DNA of 64,000 bases. Origin: Candidatus Binatia bacterium (GTDB lineage: Bacteria; Desulfobacterota; Binatia; UBA9968). The translations under genes were made by a program, and so were the position numbers. The notes beneath the pieces were generated by a model. The model did no database searches and was not told the origin of the DNA. It worked only from the letters and a program-made list of their open reading frames with translations. The stretch is taken from assembly GCA_036004365.1 (NCBI GenBank), contig DASYRN010000045.1:7637-71636 (forward strand), written 5' to 3'. Of this stretch, positions 36,154 to 44,383 are shown piece by piece; position 1 is the stretch's first letter; every line of letters starts with the position of its first letter.

Positions 36154-36167
36154 TTGAGAATTCTCAA
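36154..36167. repeat. 14-bp perfect palindrome TTGAGAATTCTCAA, copy 4
   Basis: Read directly. Lies between the convergent YciI and pdaD stops. Confidence 0.9.
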
Positions 36168-36200
36168 GAGTCAAAAGGATTTGGGAACAAGAAAAGGACT

Positions 36201-36950
36201 TTAAGAAGGGTTCTTTCTTGTGGGAGGAACGATTCTAGCCTGTTCGATGGCGGGTTTGGCCGCTTCCTTATGAGGGCGAGCTAGCTGGTCTGGAGCGTCG
36301 GTCGTTTTAGGCTGACCTTCTATTGTTTGTCTTAGAATTTCCTCTTGCAGCGAACCTTTATTGTTCCCAGCTACGGGCTTTCCCGTCTCAATGTCGTCAT
36401 TGATGAAAACTGCGGCTGCAAAGACAGTCGTCCAGAGCCCATCTTTATTGCCAACGGCAGACTGAGTGATATTGGTAGTACGGACGATCTTGCCGGACAT
36501 CTTGAAAAGTTGCTCGCGCTCGTCCCAATCCAATTCAGGATCAAATTCAATCCCCAGGGTAGTCGCGAGCATGCTGGCGGCGAGGTCTTCCGCATATTCT
36601 CCCGCTCGTTCATCGGTTTCTCCAAACGAATGATGCTCGGAAAGATAACCGTGCATGGAAGAATCCGCGGGGATCGCCAAGCCGATAGAAGCTGCGATGA
36701 GACGATTTGGCTCGTTGTTACTTTCTCGATCATAAACGGCAAATACAATCTCTCCGGGCCGTAAGAGCTTTAATCCTTCCTCCTTGGAGATAATCTTGCA
36801 GGCTGGGGGATAGATGCTGGAGACGAGAACCAAATTGCAGTGGGCCAAGCCGGCAACCCGCAGCGCCATCTCAAAGGAGGCCAACCGTTCCTTATGAACG
36901 CCGACTCCTTTGGTGAAAAAAACTTTCTTAGGAACCATATGTGGCTGCAT
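36201..36950 (-). CDS. pdaD: pyruvoyl-dependent arginine decarboxylase with about 70-aa C-terminal extension
   Basis: [44 protein letters not shown] carries the Ser-Ser self-cleavage site. Start is 36950 or 36938. Confidence 0.85.
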   Translation of the reverse strand: MQPHMVPKKVFFTKGVGVHKERLASFEMALRVAGLAHCNLVLVSSIYPPACKIISKEEGLKLLRPGEIVFAVYDRESNNEPNRLIAASIGLAIPADSSMHGYLSEHHSFGETDERAGEYAEDLAASMLATTLGIEFDPELDWDEREQLFKMSGKIVRTTNITQSAVGNKDGLWTTVFAAAVFINDDIETGKPVAGNNKGSLQEEILRQTIEGQPKTTDAPDQLARPHKEAAKPAIEQARIVPPTRKNPS

Positions 36951-37076
36951 TTTAACATGACGAAAATGAGCTGACAAGAAAATTTCTTATCCTGAGATTA
37001 TTTTTATTGACATTCGCTTGCTCATGATCTAGAGGCTTAACAAGATCACCAAAACAAGTTGGAGGAGGTATCCACG

Positions 37077-37346
37077 ATGACCAAGGCTGACCTCATCAAT
37101 GTAGTGGCCAGGGCGGCAAGGATGAGCAAGAGAGGAGCGGAAGACGCCATCAATGCAACCTTTGATGCTCTGACCAAAGGCATCAAGAAGGACAAACGGT
37201 TTCAGGTGCCGGCGTTCGGCACCTTCTCGGTCAGGGCACGGAAGGCAAGGCCGGGAAGGAATCCTCGGACGGGCGAGGCCATCACTATCAAGGCGAGTCG
37301 AACGGTGGGTTTCAAGCCGGCACCCAGGCTAAAGAAGGGCCTCTAG
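37077..37346 (+). CDS. hup: HU-family DNA-binding protein
   Basis: MTKADLI...FGTFSVRARKARPGRNPRTGEAITIKASRTVGFKPA. RBS GGAGGAGG. Confidence 0.9.
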   Translation: MTKADLINVVARAARMSKRGAEDAINATFDALTKGIKKDKRFQVPAFGTFSVRARKARPGRNPRTGEAITIKASRTVGFKPAPRLKKGL

Positions 37347-37376
37347 AAGTCTGAGCTGATCCCGACAGGTTAGTTG

Positions 37377-37670
37377 CTATCCTTGGCGCCTGCGTGCTGA
37401 GCCCGCCATTGCACGGACACGCTTTTCATCGTTGTTACGAGCCTCGGCGCTCGCTTTCAACGACCCTATAAAGGGCTCCAGCACGGCAGTCTCTTTGCGT
37501 CTCCGCCCGGTCCGTCTAAGCCATGAATCTTCCCGGAAAAGTTCGGGGCTATCATAGCCGCGAACCACGGGCTTTTCCGGCACCTTTAGGTCTGGCTTTG
37601 GATCTGGGCAGAGATGCGGGAAGAGTTTTCCTATCGCATTTCTGTACCAGCCAATAAAGACTTCATACAT
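37377..37670 (-). CDS. hypothetical protein with RGYDSPELFRED motif
   Basis: 97-aa ORF. A frameshifted paralogue lies at 39935-40229. Confidence 0.4.
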   Translation of the reverse strand: MYEVFIGWYRNAIGKLFPHLCPDPKPDLKVPEKPVVRGYDSPELFREDSWLRRTGRRRKETAVLEPFIGSLKASAEARNNDEKRVRAMAGSARRRQG

Positions 37671-38225
37671 GGCTCACGCAATCGTTACGATGCAGGCAAG
37701 TTCCAGCGCTAATAGACACCCAATTGCTATGTTGCCTACAATCGTCAATGGCTCTCCCATCCTACTGCAACGAAGCGAACCGGAAATTGTGCATCGATCG
37801 CACCGATGATCTTCGGGAACCGCGTCTTGTGTTTCGCGGTTCGCCGCTTTGACGGTCCGTGGCAAGAATCAAAGCCAAGGCGATGGCTTTCATGCAGCGC
37901 GGCAAGGAGTTAAAAAGACAAGTAATAAATGACAATCCGGTGCCGCTCTGATTGATCAGGTGGTAGGCACGGTCGACATTTGTCGTCACTTGCGAACGCT
38001 TATTGTACAGTCCATCATGCTTCGCGAACCTGAAACGACTGCGAGCGGTGCGGGAGCGGTGGCAGAGGGTCAACTGCCGCGTAGTGGGGAATGCAAAGGC
38101 TCAGTACCCGAGATTCCTTGAATGCGGCGAAGGCGGCCTGGCAGCAGGGGATCTGGGCATCGAAGTGGGTAACTTCGCTTGATCCTTATGACCAAGAGCC
38201 TGATGGGCGGGCGAAAACATTGGGT

Positions 38226-38648
38226 CTACGGCGTGGTCCAAACGATCGTTCCGTCTTTGCCGTAAAATTCCACCCCCGGGGTGTTGTTAGATCGTATTCC
38301 CAGTGCGATGCCCGTCTTTCCGTCCTGGCCGTCCAGTCTCAACGCCGGGTTACGACTAACCCCCATGCCCAAGGTGACACCGGCCTTTCCGTTCTTATCT
38401 CTTATCTCCAGGCCCATGTTCCCATTGGGGATGGCTCCGAGCACGGCGCTCACCGAGCCCGAACTGTCGCGCACGACGAACCTTTCAGCCTCGATGACCT
38501 TACCGACGTTGCCGGGTTCGGCCTGTCCCATGACCACCAATGCGACCGCCCCGAAGAGCGCCAAGGCGCCTATGCGTTTGATCCGCCGGTTTTCCTTTTC
38601 CAGGCGCTCCAGCCGTCTCAGCATCTGATCCATGCTAGGCTCGTTCAT
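38226..38648 (-). CDS. membrane-anchored protein with coiled-coil N-terminus and about four xDxxGKxxxxLG beta repeats
   Basis: MDQMLRRLERLEKENRRIKRIGALALFGAVALVVMGQA. Repeats RDSSGSVSAVLG / RDKNGKAGVTLG / DGQDGKTGIALG / YGKDGTIVW. Confidence 0.5.
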   Translation of the reverse strand: MNEPSMDQMLRRLERLEKENRRIKRIGALALFGAVALVVMGQAEPGNVGKVIEAERFVVRDSSGSVSAVLGAIPNGNMGLEIRDKNGKAGVTLGMGVSRNPALRLDGQDGKTGIALGIRSNNTPGVEFYGKDGTIVWTTP

Positions 38649-38913
38649 TATTCTCTCCTTTCTTACCGGGTGGTGTTTCAAGCTTACTCCCGTAGCCGCT
38701 TTAAACCAACTGGATTGGCCTCTAACAAAAAGGGCCGGGGCGGCTCTATCCTAACACTCCCGCGATCTCGGGGACAATTTAAAACTTCGGTGATCCTTTT
38801 GTGCGCACTCCTGCTGATTCTCTAGCCTTTGGCCCCTGGTGAATCTGCTTTTTGAGTGCGCTTCGAAAAGCGGCGCTCGACTGGTATAATAGTCATTCGA
38901 GAGGCAGAATTTT

Positions 38914-39543
38914 ATGAAGATGGCACTGTCGCGCGACTTTGGTATTTCCATTTTGATCGCCACGCTTGCTCTCACTGGCTGTTCCACCACTCAGATGATT
39001 GTCAGTGAATGGAGCAATCCCCGCTACGTCTCACCTTCGTTCAAGAGGATCATGGTGGGCGGTGTCGGCGAAGAAACCAGCATCCGGCGTAACTTCGAAG
39101 ACGAGTTCGTCGCTCAGCTCAGGGCAGCCGGCGTCGCGGCGTTGCCGAGCTACCGATATATGCCTGAGGATGAGAAGATTGACGAAAGCAAACTCAAACA
39201 AGCGGCACAAAGGGCCGGCACCGATGGCGCCATCCTCGCCCGTTCGGTAAGCGTCGAACAGAAAACGGAGTATGGCCCGAGCTATTACCCGCTTGCCGGC
39301 TTCGGCATCTTTGGTCGGAACGTCGGCGCCTCATGGTCGGGGCCTTACGGTGCACCAAGCGTCTCCCGCTACAACGTGTATACCTCGGAGACCACTCTGT
39401 ACGACGTCACCAAGAACGAGGTGGTCTGGACCGGCACCATCAAGACCACCGAGCCGGACAATATTAACACCGCGATCAAGGACTATGTCGGAACGGTCAT
39501 AAAAGCGCTCAACGAGAAGAATCTTCTCGGAGTTAAGAAATGA
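38914..39543 (+). CDS. lipoprotein (possibly DUF4136-like)
   Basis: Lipobox LALTGC. 209 aa. Confidence 0.55.
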   Translation: MKMALSRDFGISILIATLALTGCSTTQMIVSEWSNPRYVSPSFKRIMVGGVGEETSIRRNFEDEFVAQLRAAGVAALPSYRYMPEDEKIDESKLKQAAQRAGTDGAILARSVSVEQKTEYGPSYYPLAGFGIFGRNVGASWSGPYGAPSVSRYNVYTSETTLYDVTKNEVVWTGTIKTTEPDNINTAIKDYVGTVIKALNEKNLLGVKK

Positions 39544-39571
39544 GGGCCGGGTGGGACGGAAGGAAACAACC

Positions 39572-39883
39572 CTACGGAGCATGACTGAAATCCAGCCCGC
39601 CGATGTGTTGAACGGTATGGCCACAATGACCACGCAGTAACGCAAAGATCTGGCTGCAGAACGAGGTGTCATCAAATAAAAGACATCCCATATATGCGGC
39701 TCGTTCGTATTCAACGATTAAATAGCACCTGTTGGACGGTTGGAGTGTAGACAACATCACATCCTGCAGGATGCCGACCTCGCCTTTTGGGTGTTTGTTT
39801 TCTTCCCCACCTATCCAAGTCCAGGTCGGAGGCCAGTTGGGAAGACCTTGGTGAGACATGAGGGGATGATCTCGCAGCTTCAT
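39572..39883 (-). CDS. hypothetical protein
   Basis: MKLRDHPLMSHQGLPNWPPTWTW... I prefer the start at 39883. Confidence 0.45.
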   Translation of the reverse strand: MKLRDHPLMSHQGLPNWPPTWTWIGGEENKHPKGEVGILQDVMLSTLQPSNRCYLIVEYERAAYMGCLLFDDTSFCSQIFALLRGHCGHTVQHIGGLDFSHAP

Positions 39884-39934
39884 GGTTGGTTCTAAATCTG
39901 TGGTCGATAAATGATTCATTTATCTAGATCTTCG

Positions 39935-40229
39935 TTACGCGGATCCGGGATCGTTGTCATCGTCGGTTGATGGTTTTCTAGAACGGACGTTGAATTGGAT
40001 CTTGGATAGTTCCGAGTCCAGCCACCGCATCCTTTTGAGAGTATCCTCTCGGAAAAGCTGTGGACTGTCGTAGCCGCGGTACACTTCACACCTCTGGGTT
40101 GTGACTCCAGGTAAACGGAAAGCTTACACAATGAATCCGGCGTAGCTTGTCGGGCAACCCTATCAATGCGCAATGGCTGTGCCAGACCAGAAGATTCGTA
40201 TTATCGAATAGTTGTAAAAGTTCAGCCAT
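39935..40229 (-). pseudogene. frameshifted paralogue of 37377-37670
   Basis: ATG at 40229 opens a 47-codon frame ending ..SHNPEV*. A shifted frame continues (C)EVYRGYDSPQLFREDTLKRMRWLDSELSK..., matching VVRGYDSPELFREDSWLRR of the intact copy. Confidence 0.4.
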
Positions 40230-40444
40230 GACGAGATGGGTAAAAAGGTAAGAGCTGGGAAGAAATTACGCGATAAGTAAGAGTAGAGACTGCAAATTAT
40301 AGCTGGAGGATTGCTCCTTTGGGCGTTTCCTCTAACGTGGGCTTTTCACGTTTCGACTATTTTCGAAATGTCGAAACGATGAGCGGCGCTTGTTCGGACA
40401 AGCGATTGACTCATTTGATGCGGCTGTGATAGCGCTCGAAAGCC

Positions 40445-41518
40445 ATGTCAGGCGAAAGTTTCCGTGGCGAGATCGGACTCCACTTTCCGTTGCATGTCCT
40501 TAACCGCTACTCTCTCCCCGAGCTGATCCGCCTTGCGGAACGCGCTGTGGAGGCACTTCGACAGTTCGGCTTCACGCAGATCTGGACCAACGATAATCTA
40601 GAGTATCGAAGCGTTTTGGCGAGCTCCGCTGCACTCGTGGCGCGGGTTCCGGTCAAGCTCGGAACGGCCGTCACCGTTCCCTATTTTCGCAACCCCATCG
40701 ATCTGGCCGCGGCGTTCGTCACTCTCTCCGAACTCACAAACGGGCAGGAAATCTCGCTTGGCCTGGGACCCGGCTCGAGGTCGATCCTGACCCATCAAGT
40801 CGATCGTGTGAAGCCGCTGATCATCATGGCCGAGTTGGCGACGGCTCTGCGGAAGCTCTTCGATGGAAAGGCAATCGGGCGCAATGAAATTCCGAATTTG
40901 GCTTCCTATTTTCACTTGAACGCGGAAAGTTACACTTTGCGCTTCAAGGCCCAGTCGCCGATCCGGCTTTACTATGGTCCAAGCCTGCTCAAGCCCGCGG
41001 TCTTAAATCTAATCGGATGCCACTTCGATGGGGTCATCCTGCAAACTCTGTATAGCGGGGCGGATATGGAGGCTACGCTCTCGAGTCTGAAACGTGCCCG
41101 CGCACAGTCCGCTCTAAGGGAGCCGCTAGCTAAAATCATGCTTATCAACGCGTCCGTTTCTCGCGACGGACGGGCGGCGAGAGAGCACGCCAAGCGCTTC
41201 GTGTCCCACATCATCGCCGGATGGCCGGACGACACCCTCCAAAGGAAAGGCATTGACCCAGCCTCCGTTCAGTCGGTGCGCCGAGCCTACGCTCAGAACC
41301 GCGGAGTGGATTATGCGGCGTCGCTGACTCCGGAGGAAGCGGTGGACCGTCTGGTCGTCGCTGGCACGCCGGAGCAGTGCATCGAACGGATCTCCGAACT
41401 CTTTTCCACCGGCGCGAAGCACGAATTCGGGCAGATCTTTATCGGCGTGCCACTTGGACCCGATGTCGGTGAAGTGATCGATATCTGGGCTAAAGAGATC
41501 CTGCCGGCTCTTTCGTAA
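40445..41518 (+). CDS. LLM-class (luciferase-like) flavin/F420-dependent oxidoreductase
   Basis: 357 aa. TIM-barrel LLM-type text (FTQIWTNDNLEY...LGTAVTVPYFRNP...GLGPG). Confidence 0.75.
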   Translation: MSGESFRGEIGLHFPLHVLNRYSLPELIRLAERAVEALRQFGFTQIWTNDNLEYRSVLASSAALVARVPVKLGTAVTVPYFRNPIDLAAAFVTLSELTNGQEISLGLGPGSRSILTHQVDRVKPLIIMAELATALRKLFDGKAIGRNEIPNLASYFHLNAESYTLRFKAQSPIRLYYGPSLLKPAVLNLIGCHFDGVILQTLYSGADMEATLSSLKRARAQSALREPLAKIMLINASVSRDGRAAREHAKRFVSHIIAGWPDDTLQRKGIDPASVQSVRRAYAQNRGVDYAASLTPEEAVDRLVVAGTPEQCIERISELFSTGAKHEFGQIFIGVPLGPDVGEVIDIWAKEILPALS

Positions 41519-41648
41519 TCCGAAAGATGTGGGCGAATTCAGATCTCCGCCTTGCCACACTCAGGCAGATGCGCGGTGAACTGTCTACCCCCGAAACCTG
41601 ACTTCTGAAACGCTGCGCCAAAACGGGAATGTAGAAGACTCGATGCGC

Positions 41649-42311
41649 TCAGTGGCCGGGGCTCTCCAAGACGGCGAGCGCGGCCTGGCAGCAGAGGATG
41701 TCCTGCTCGGCTCGGCTACCGCCGGCTACGCCGATGGCGCCGACGATCGCCGCGCCGTCAACGATCGCAATGCCTCCACCCGCCGGCATGATGCGACCGC
41801 GGTGCGAGATGACGAGGCTGCGAAACCAGGGGCGGCGCGCTTGGGGCGCCAACTCGGCGGTGGCCAGGTGAAAGGCGGCGGCCGTGTAGGCCTTATTGAA
41901 GGCGAGCTCTGCAGTCCTGGGCTCGGCTTGGTCCATCCGTCCGACGGCGATAGGAGTGCCAGCTTCATCTACGACCACGGCCGTCACCGCGATCCCCGCT
42001 CTTTCCGCGTAGGCGTGCGCTCGATGCACCATCTCCCATGCCTTGTCCACCGGAACCGGCCCAACTGCTGCTTTGTTCTTACGGAAGAAGCTGGCATTGA
42101 CCTCGATGGAGGCCTCATGCTCGGCGGGGAGCTTGGAATCGAGGAAGATCGCGTCCACCGGGCAGACGATCTCACACTGCTCGCACTCGATGCACACTTC
42201 GGGATCAACGTAGTGTTGTGGAGCCCCCGGGAGGGTATGAATGCAGGCGACCGGGCAGACGTCGACGCACGCCCCATCATTTGTACACAGCGAGGTGATA
42301 ATGTACGTCAC
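41649..42311 (-). CDS. ferredoxin (7Fe-type Cys pattern) fused to GlcG/HbpS-like (DUF336) domain
   Basis: C9-x5-C15-x3-C19-P and C40-x2-C43-x2-C46-x3-C50-P. The C-terminal half (ITAVVVDEAGTPIAVGRMD...FNKAYTAAAF...GGIAIVDGAAIVGAIGVAGG) is paralogous to 44593-44991. Confidence 0.8.
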   Translation of the reverse strand: MTYIITSLCTNDGACVDVCPVACIHTLPGAPQHYVDPEVCIECEQCEIVCPVDAIFLDSKLPAEHEASIEVNASFFRKNKAAVGPVPVDKAWEMVHRAHAYAERAGIAVTAVVVDEAGTPIAVGRMDQAEPRTAELAFNKAYTAAAFHLATAELAPQARRPWFRSLVISHRGRIMPAGGGIAIVDGAAIVGAIGVAGGSRAEQDILCCQAALAVLESPGH

Positions 42312-42351
42312 GGAAATCCCTTCTACTAGGTAGCTTCAGAACTCCTCTGAA

Positions 42352-42441
42352 CGTCATGCCAGCCGAGCCCGCGACAGCGGGCGAGAGCCGGAATCCAGGC
42401 AAATATAAGAAGTGCTGGATTTCCGCTTCCGCGGAAATGAC
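42352..42441. repeat. REP/MITE-like palindromic element (CGTCAT...CCGGAATCCAG / CTGGATTTCCG...ATGACG)
   Basis: Terminal CGTCAT/ATGACG, inner CCGGAATCCAG vs CTGGATTTCCG, and an internal hairpin GCCCGC-GACA-GCGGGC. One frame translates to LDFRFRGNDE, a string I recall from dispersed repeats of many bacteria. Confidence 0.55.
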
Positions 42442-42485
42442 GAACCCCGAGGGTCGATTCTTTGGCTGATTTCACACATAGGTGC

Positions 42486-43082
42486 CTATCCATCCGCCCT
42501 CAGCGGCAAATCGGTGCGAATGACGTTCGTCACATGGACGCGGGTCCCATATTTGGGAGTCACTAGCCTCCCGTTAGGGTTGAGAGTACCCAGCCCCGCC
42601 GCCGCGGCGAGCCGCTCGGCATTGGGATCCGGCGCTGCCGTGGCGCGAAAGCCAAGCTCTCTGATCCACGCGCTGAGAACGAAAGTGACGAACAGCCCGT
42701 TCTGCACCGGCACCTGGCCGCCGATGCCCGGGGCCTCTCGCGGGTCATAATCGGCTCGAACCGCACAGATGACGGCGAAGGGATACTGCTCGTCTTTCGA
42801 ATCCAATCTGGCGATACCCACCAGATCGGTGCCCAGGTAGCGGGCCAGCTCCTTGACATGGTTGGACGTGATCTCGGGCGTGTGGATGTCCGCTTTGGTC
42901 GGGAAGACGTTACCCTCGGGCGCACTGCGGATCAGCTCCGTCACCGAATTGGCCAGATCTTCCGGAGGCGTGTTGATGAAAAAATCCCAGTATGGGTCGC
43001 CTGCCCTGAGCCTGGTCGAAGGGTCGTGCTGGGAGCGTGTCTTCGGCCACGGGATTTTTAGCGGGCCCAGTCTGAGGGTCAC
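42486..43082 (-). CDS. RdhA/QueG-superfamily core-only paralogue (no Fe-S domain)
   Basis: The GTG at 43082 shares its G with the TAG stop of the upstream gene. KELARYLGTDLVGIARL...GLGTLNPNGRLVTPKYGTRVHVTNVIRTDLPL parallels KAVARYMGADVVAIAR...GVGELGRNGLIINEKFGARIHMPDPIMTDLPL of the 433-aa protein, and it ends just where that protein's Cys motifs begin. Confidence 0.6.
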   Translation of the reverse strand: MTLRLGPLKIPWPKTRSQHDPSTRLRAGDPYWDFFINTPPEDLANSVTELIRSAPEGNVFPTKADIHTPEITSNHVKELARYLGTDLVGIARLDSKDEQYPFAVICAVRADYDPREAPGIGGQVPVQNGLFVTFVLSAWIRELGFRATAAPDPNAERLAAAAGLGTLNPNGRLVTPKYGTRVHVTNVIRTDLPLRADG

Positions 43083-44383
43083 TAAACGTCCCGCTTGACG
43101 AATCGGTTGGTATTCTCTTTCAGCGGAGCATAGTAGCCGATATCTCCCGCCACCTTTCCCGAGTTCGCCTCGTGCGCCGCGGTGCAACCGGCAACGGTAC
43201 ACGCGTGCTCTCCGGGCTTGATGCCGGAGTCATACCCAAGCCAGCGCACCCGCTTCTGACTCACCACGCCCCAGAAGCGATCATCGATCGCCTTCAGCGC
43301 GTGCACGAGCGCCGGTCGCGCGGGGATAGGGCAGGTGCGCAGAGCCCAGACCGTAAGGCTGCGCCACCAAACGTTGGGTTTGGTGAACGGGCAAACGGTG
43401 GCGCAGGTCAGGCAGCTCATCCAGTGGTCGTGGGTGTACGGCCGCAGCTTATAGCAGGTCAGCCAGTTGATCTTGTACTTCTCGACGCCGTTGAAGACCA
43501 CCTTATCGCCGAAGGGGATGCTGTTGGTGGGACAGTTGACAGCGCATTTGCGGCAAATCTTGCAGAAGTCCTCGACGCCTATGTCGACGGGTTGGTCCGG
43601 CACCAGCGGGAGGTCGGTCATGATGGGATCGGGCATGTGGATGCGGGCACCGAACTTCTCGTTGATGATGAGTCCGTTTCGGCCCAGTTCGCCCACGCCG
43701 GCGGCCAGCCCGGCGGCCTGAGGGTTCGCCACGCCCCGTAGAGCGGTGTAACCCAGCTCCTTGACGTAGCCCTCCAGGGCCTTGAGGATCATGACACCTT
43801 TCATTTGAGAGACGTGGTAGGCCGCATCGCCGACGTGATGGCGGTGCGCCTGAAGCTTATCGTGGTCCCATGCGGTCGTCGTGACGATGATGTAGGGGAA
43901 CTTCCGCACCAGCTCCTCGGGAGTGCTTTGTTGGTACGCGTCCTCTGCCGTGCCGTCTTGCACGTAGCGGTTGCCAGCGTACATGAAGGATGGATGCGCC
44001 CTGGCGATGGCGACGACGTCAGCGCCCATATAACGGGCGACGGCCTTGATGTGGCGCGTCATCGCCGCGGGATCCGTCACTGGCACCTGCTTCGAGTTGA
44101 CCTTGCCCTTGCTGGCTTGGTTAATCACCGTGGTCAGGAAATGTCTGCGATCGGCGAAATGGTTCGGGGCCGACACCCGGGTAAGTGGATCTTTGGAGAT
44201 CGTGTTGCGGTACCAGTTGAAAAGGGCCTTCCCCAGCTCACCGCGCTGGTTTTTGGGATGCGGCGACTGGTTCATATCGACATTAGCGACAGGCCCCACG
44301 ACACGGGCTGACCGGCCGAGGTTGGGTACGGGCGGGATATCCAAGCCTCTTTGATTAACCTTGTCTAGCGTTGCGTTCCCCAT
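43082..44383 (-). CDS. reductive dehalogenase / epoxyqueuosine reductase superfamily protein, cytoplasmic type (no Tat signal)
   Basis: 433 aa. Fe-S motifs CKICRKCAVNCP and C-x14-CLTCATVCP in the C-terminal third, and an N-terminal core with the GADVVAIA motif. No RRxFxK and no RdhB-like gene nearby. Confidence 0.65.
   Translation of the reverse strand: MGNATLDKVNQRGLDIPPVPNLGRSARVVGPVANVDMNQSPHPKNQRGELGKALFNWYRNTISKDPLTRVSAPNHFADRRHFLTTVINQASKGKVNSKQVPVTDPAAMTRHIKAVARYMGADVVAIARAHPSFMYAGNRYVQDGTAEDAYQQSTPEELVRKFPYIIVTTTAWDHDKLQAHRHHVGDAAYHVSQMKGVMILKALEGYVKELGYTALRGVANPQAAGLAAGVGELGRNGLIINEKFGARIHMPDPIMTDLPLVPDQPVDIGVEDFCKICRKCAVNCPTNSIPFGDKVVFNGVEKYKINWLTCYKLRPYTHDHWMSCLTCATVCPFTKPNVWWRSLTVWALRTCPIPARPALVHALKAIDDRFWGVVSQKRVRWLGYDSGIKPGEHACTVAGCTAAHEANSGKVAGDIGYYAPLKENTNRFVKRDV

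Noticed and set aside
38091-38825. 244-aa plus-strand ORF
   Set aside because: It overlaps the more plausible minus-strand gene 38226-38648, which has a coiled-coil, a TM anchor and regular beta repeats. The plus-frame text looks like antisense translation.
41643-42329. 228-aa plus-strand ORF, plus other ORFs antisense to the RdhA-like genes (43172-43741, 43805-44311)
   Set aside because: They are antisense to genes with clear Fe-S and GlcG motifs. They have Gly/Arg/Asp-rich GC-skewed composition.
42412-42750. 112-aa plus-strand ORF starting MLDFRFRGNDE
   Set aside because: The N-terminus is a translation of the REP-like palindromic element. The rest is antisense to the core-only RdhA paralogue.
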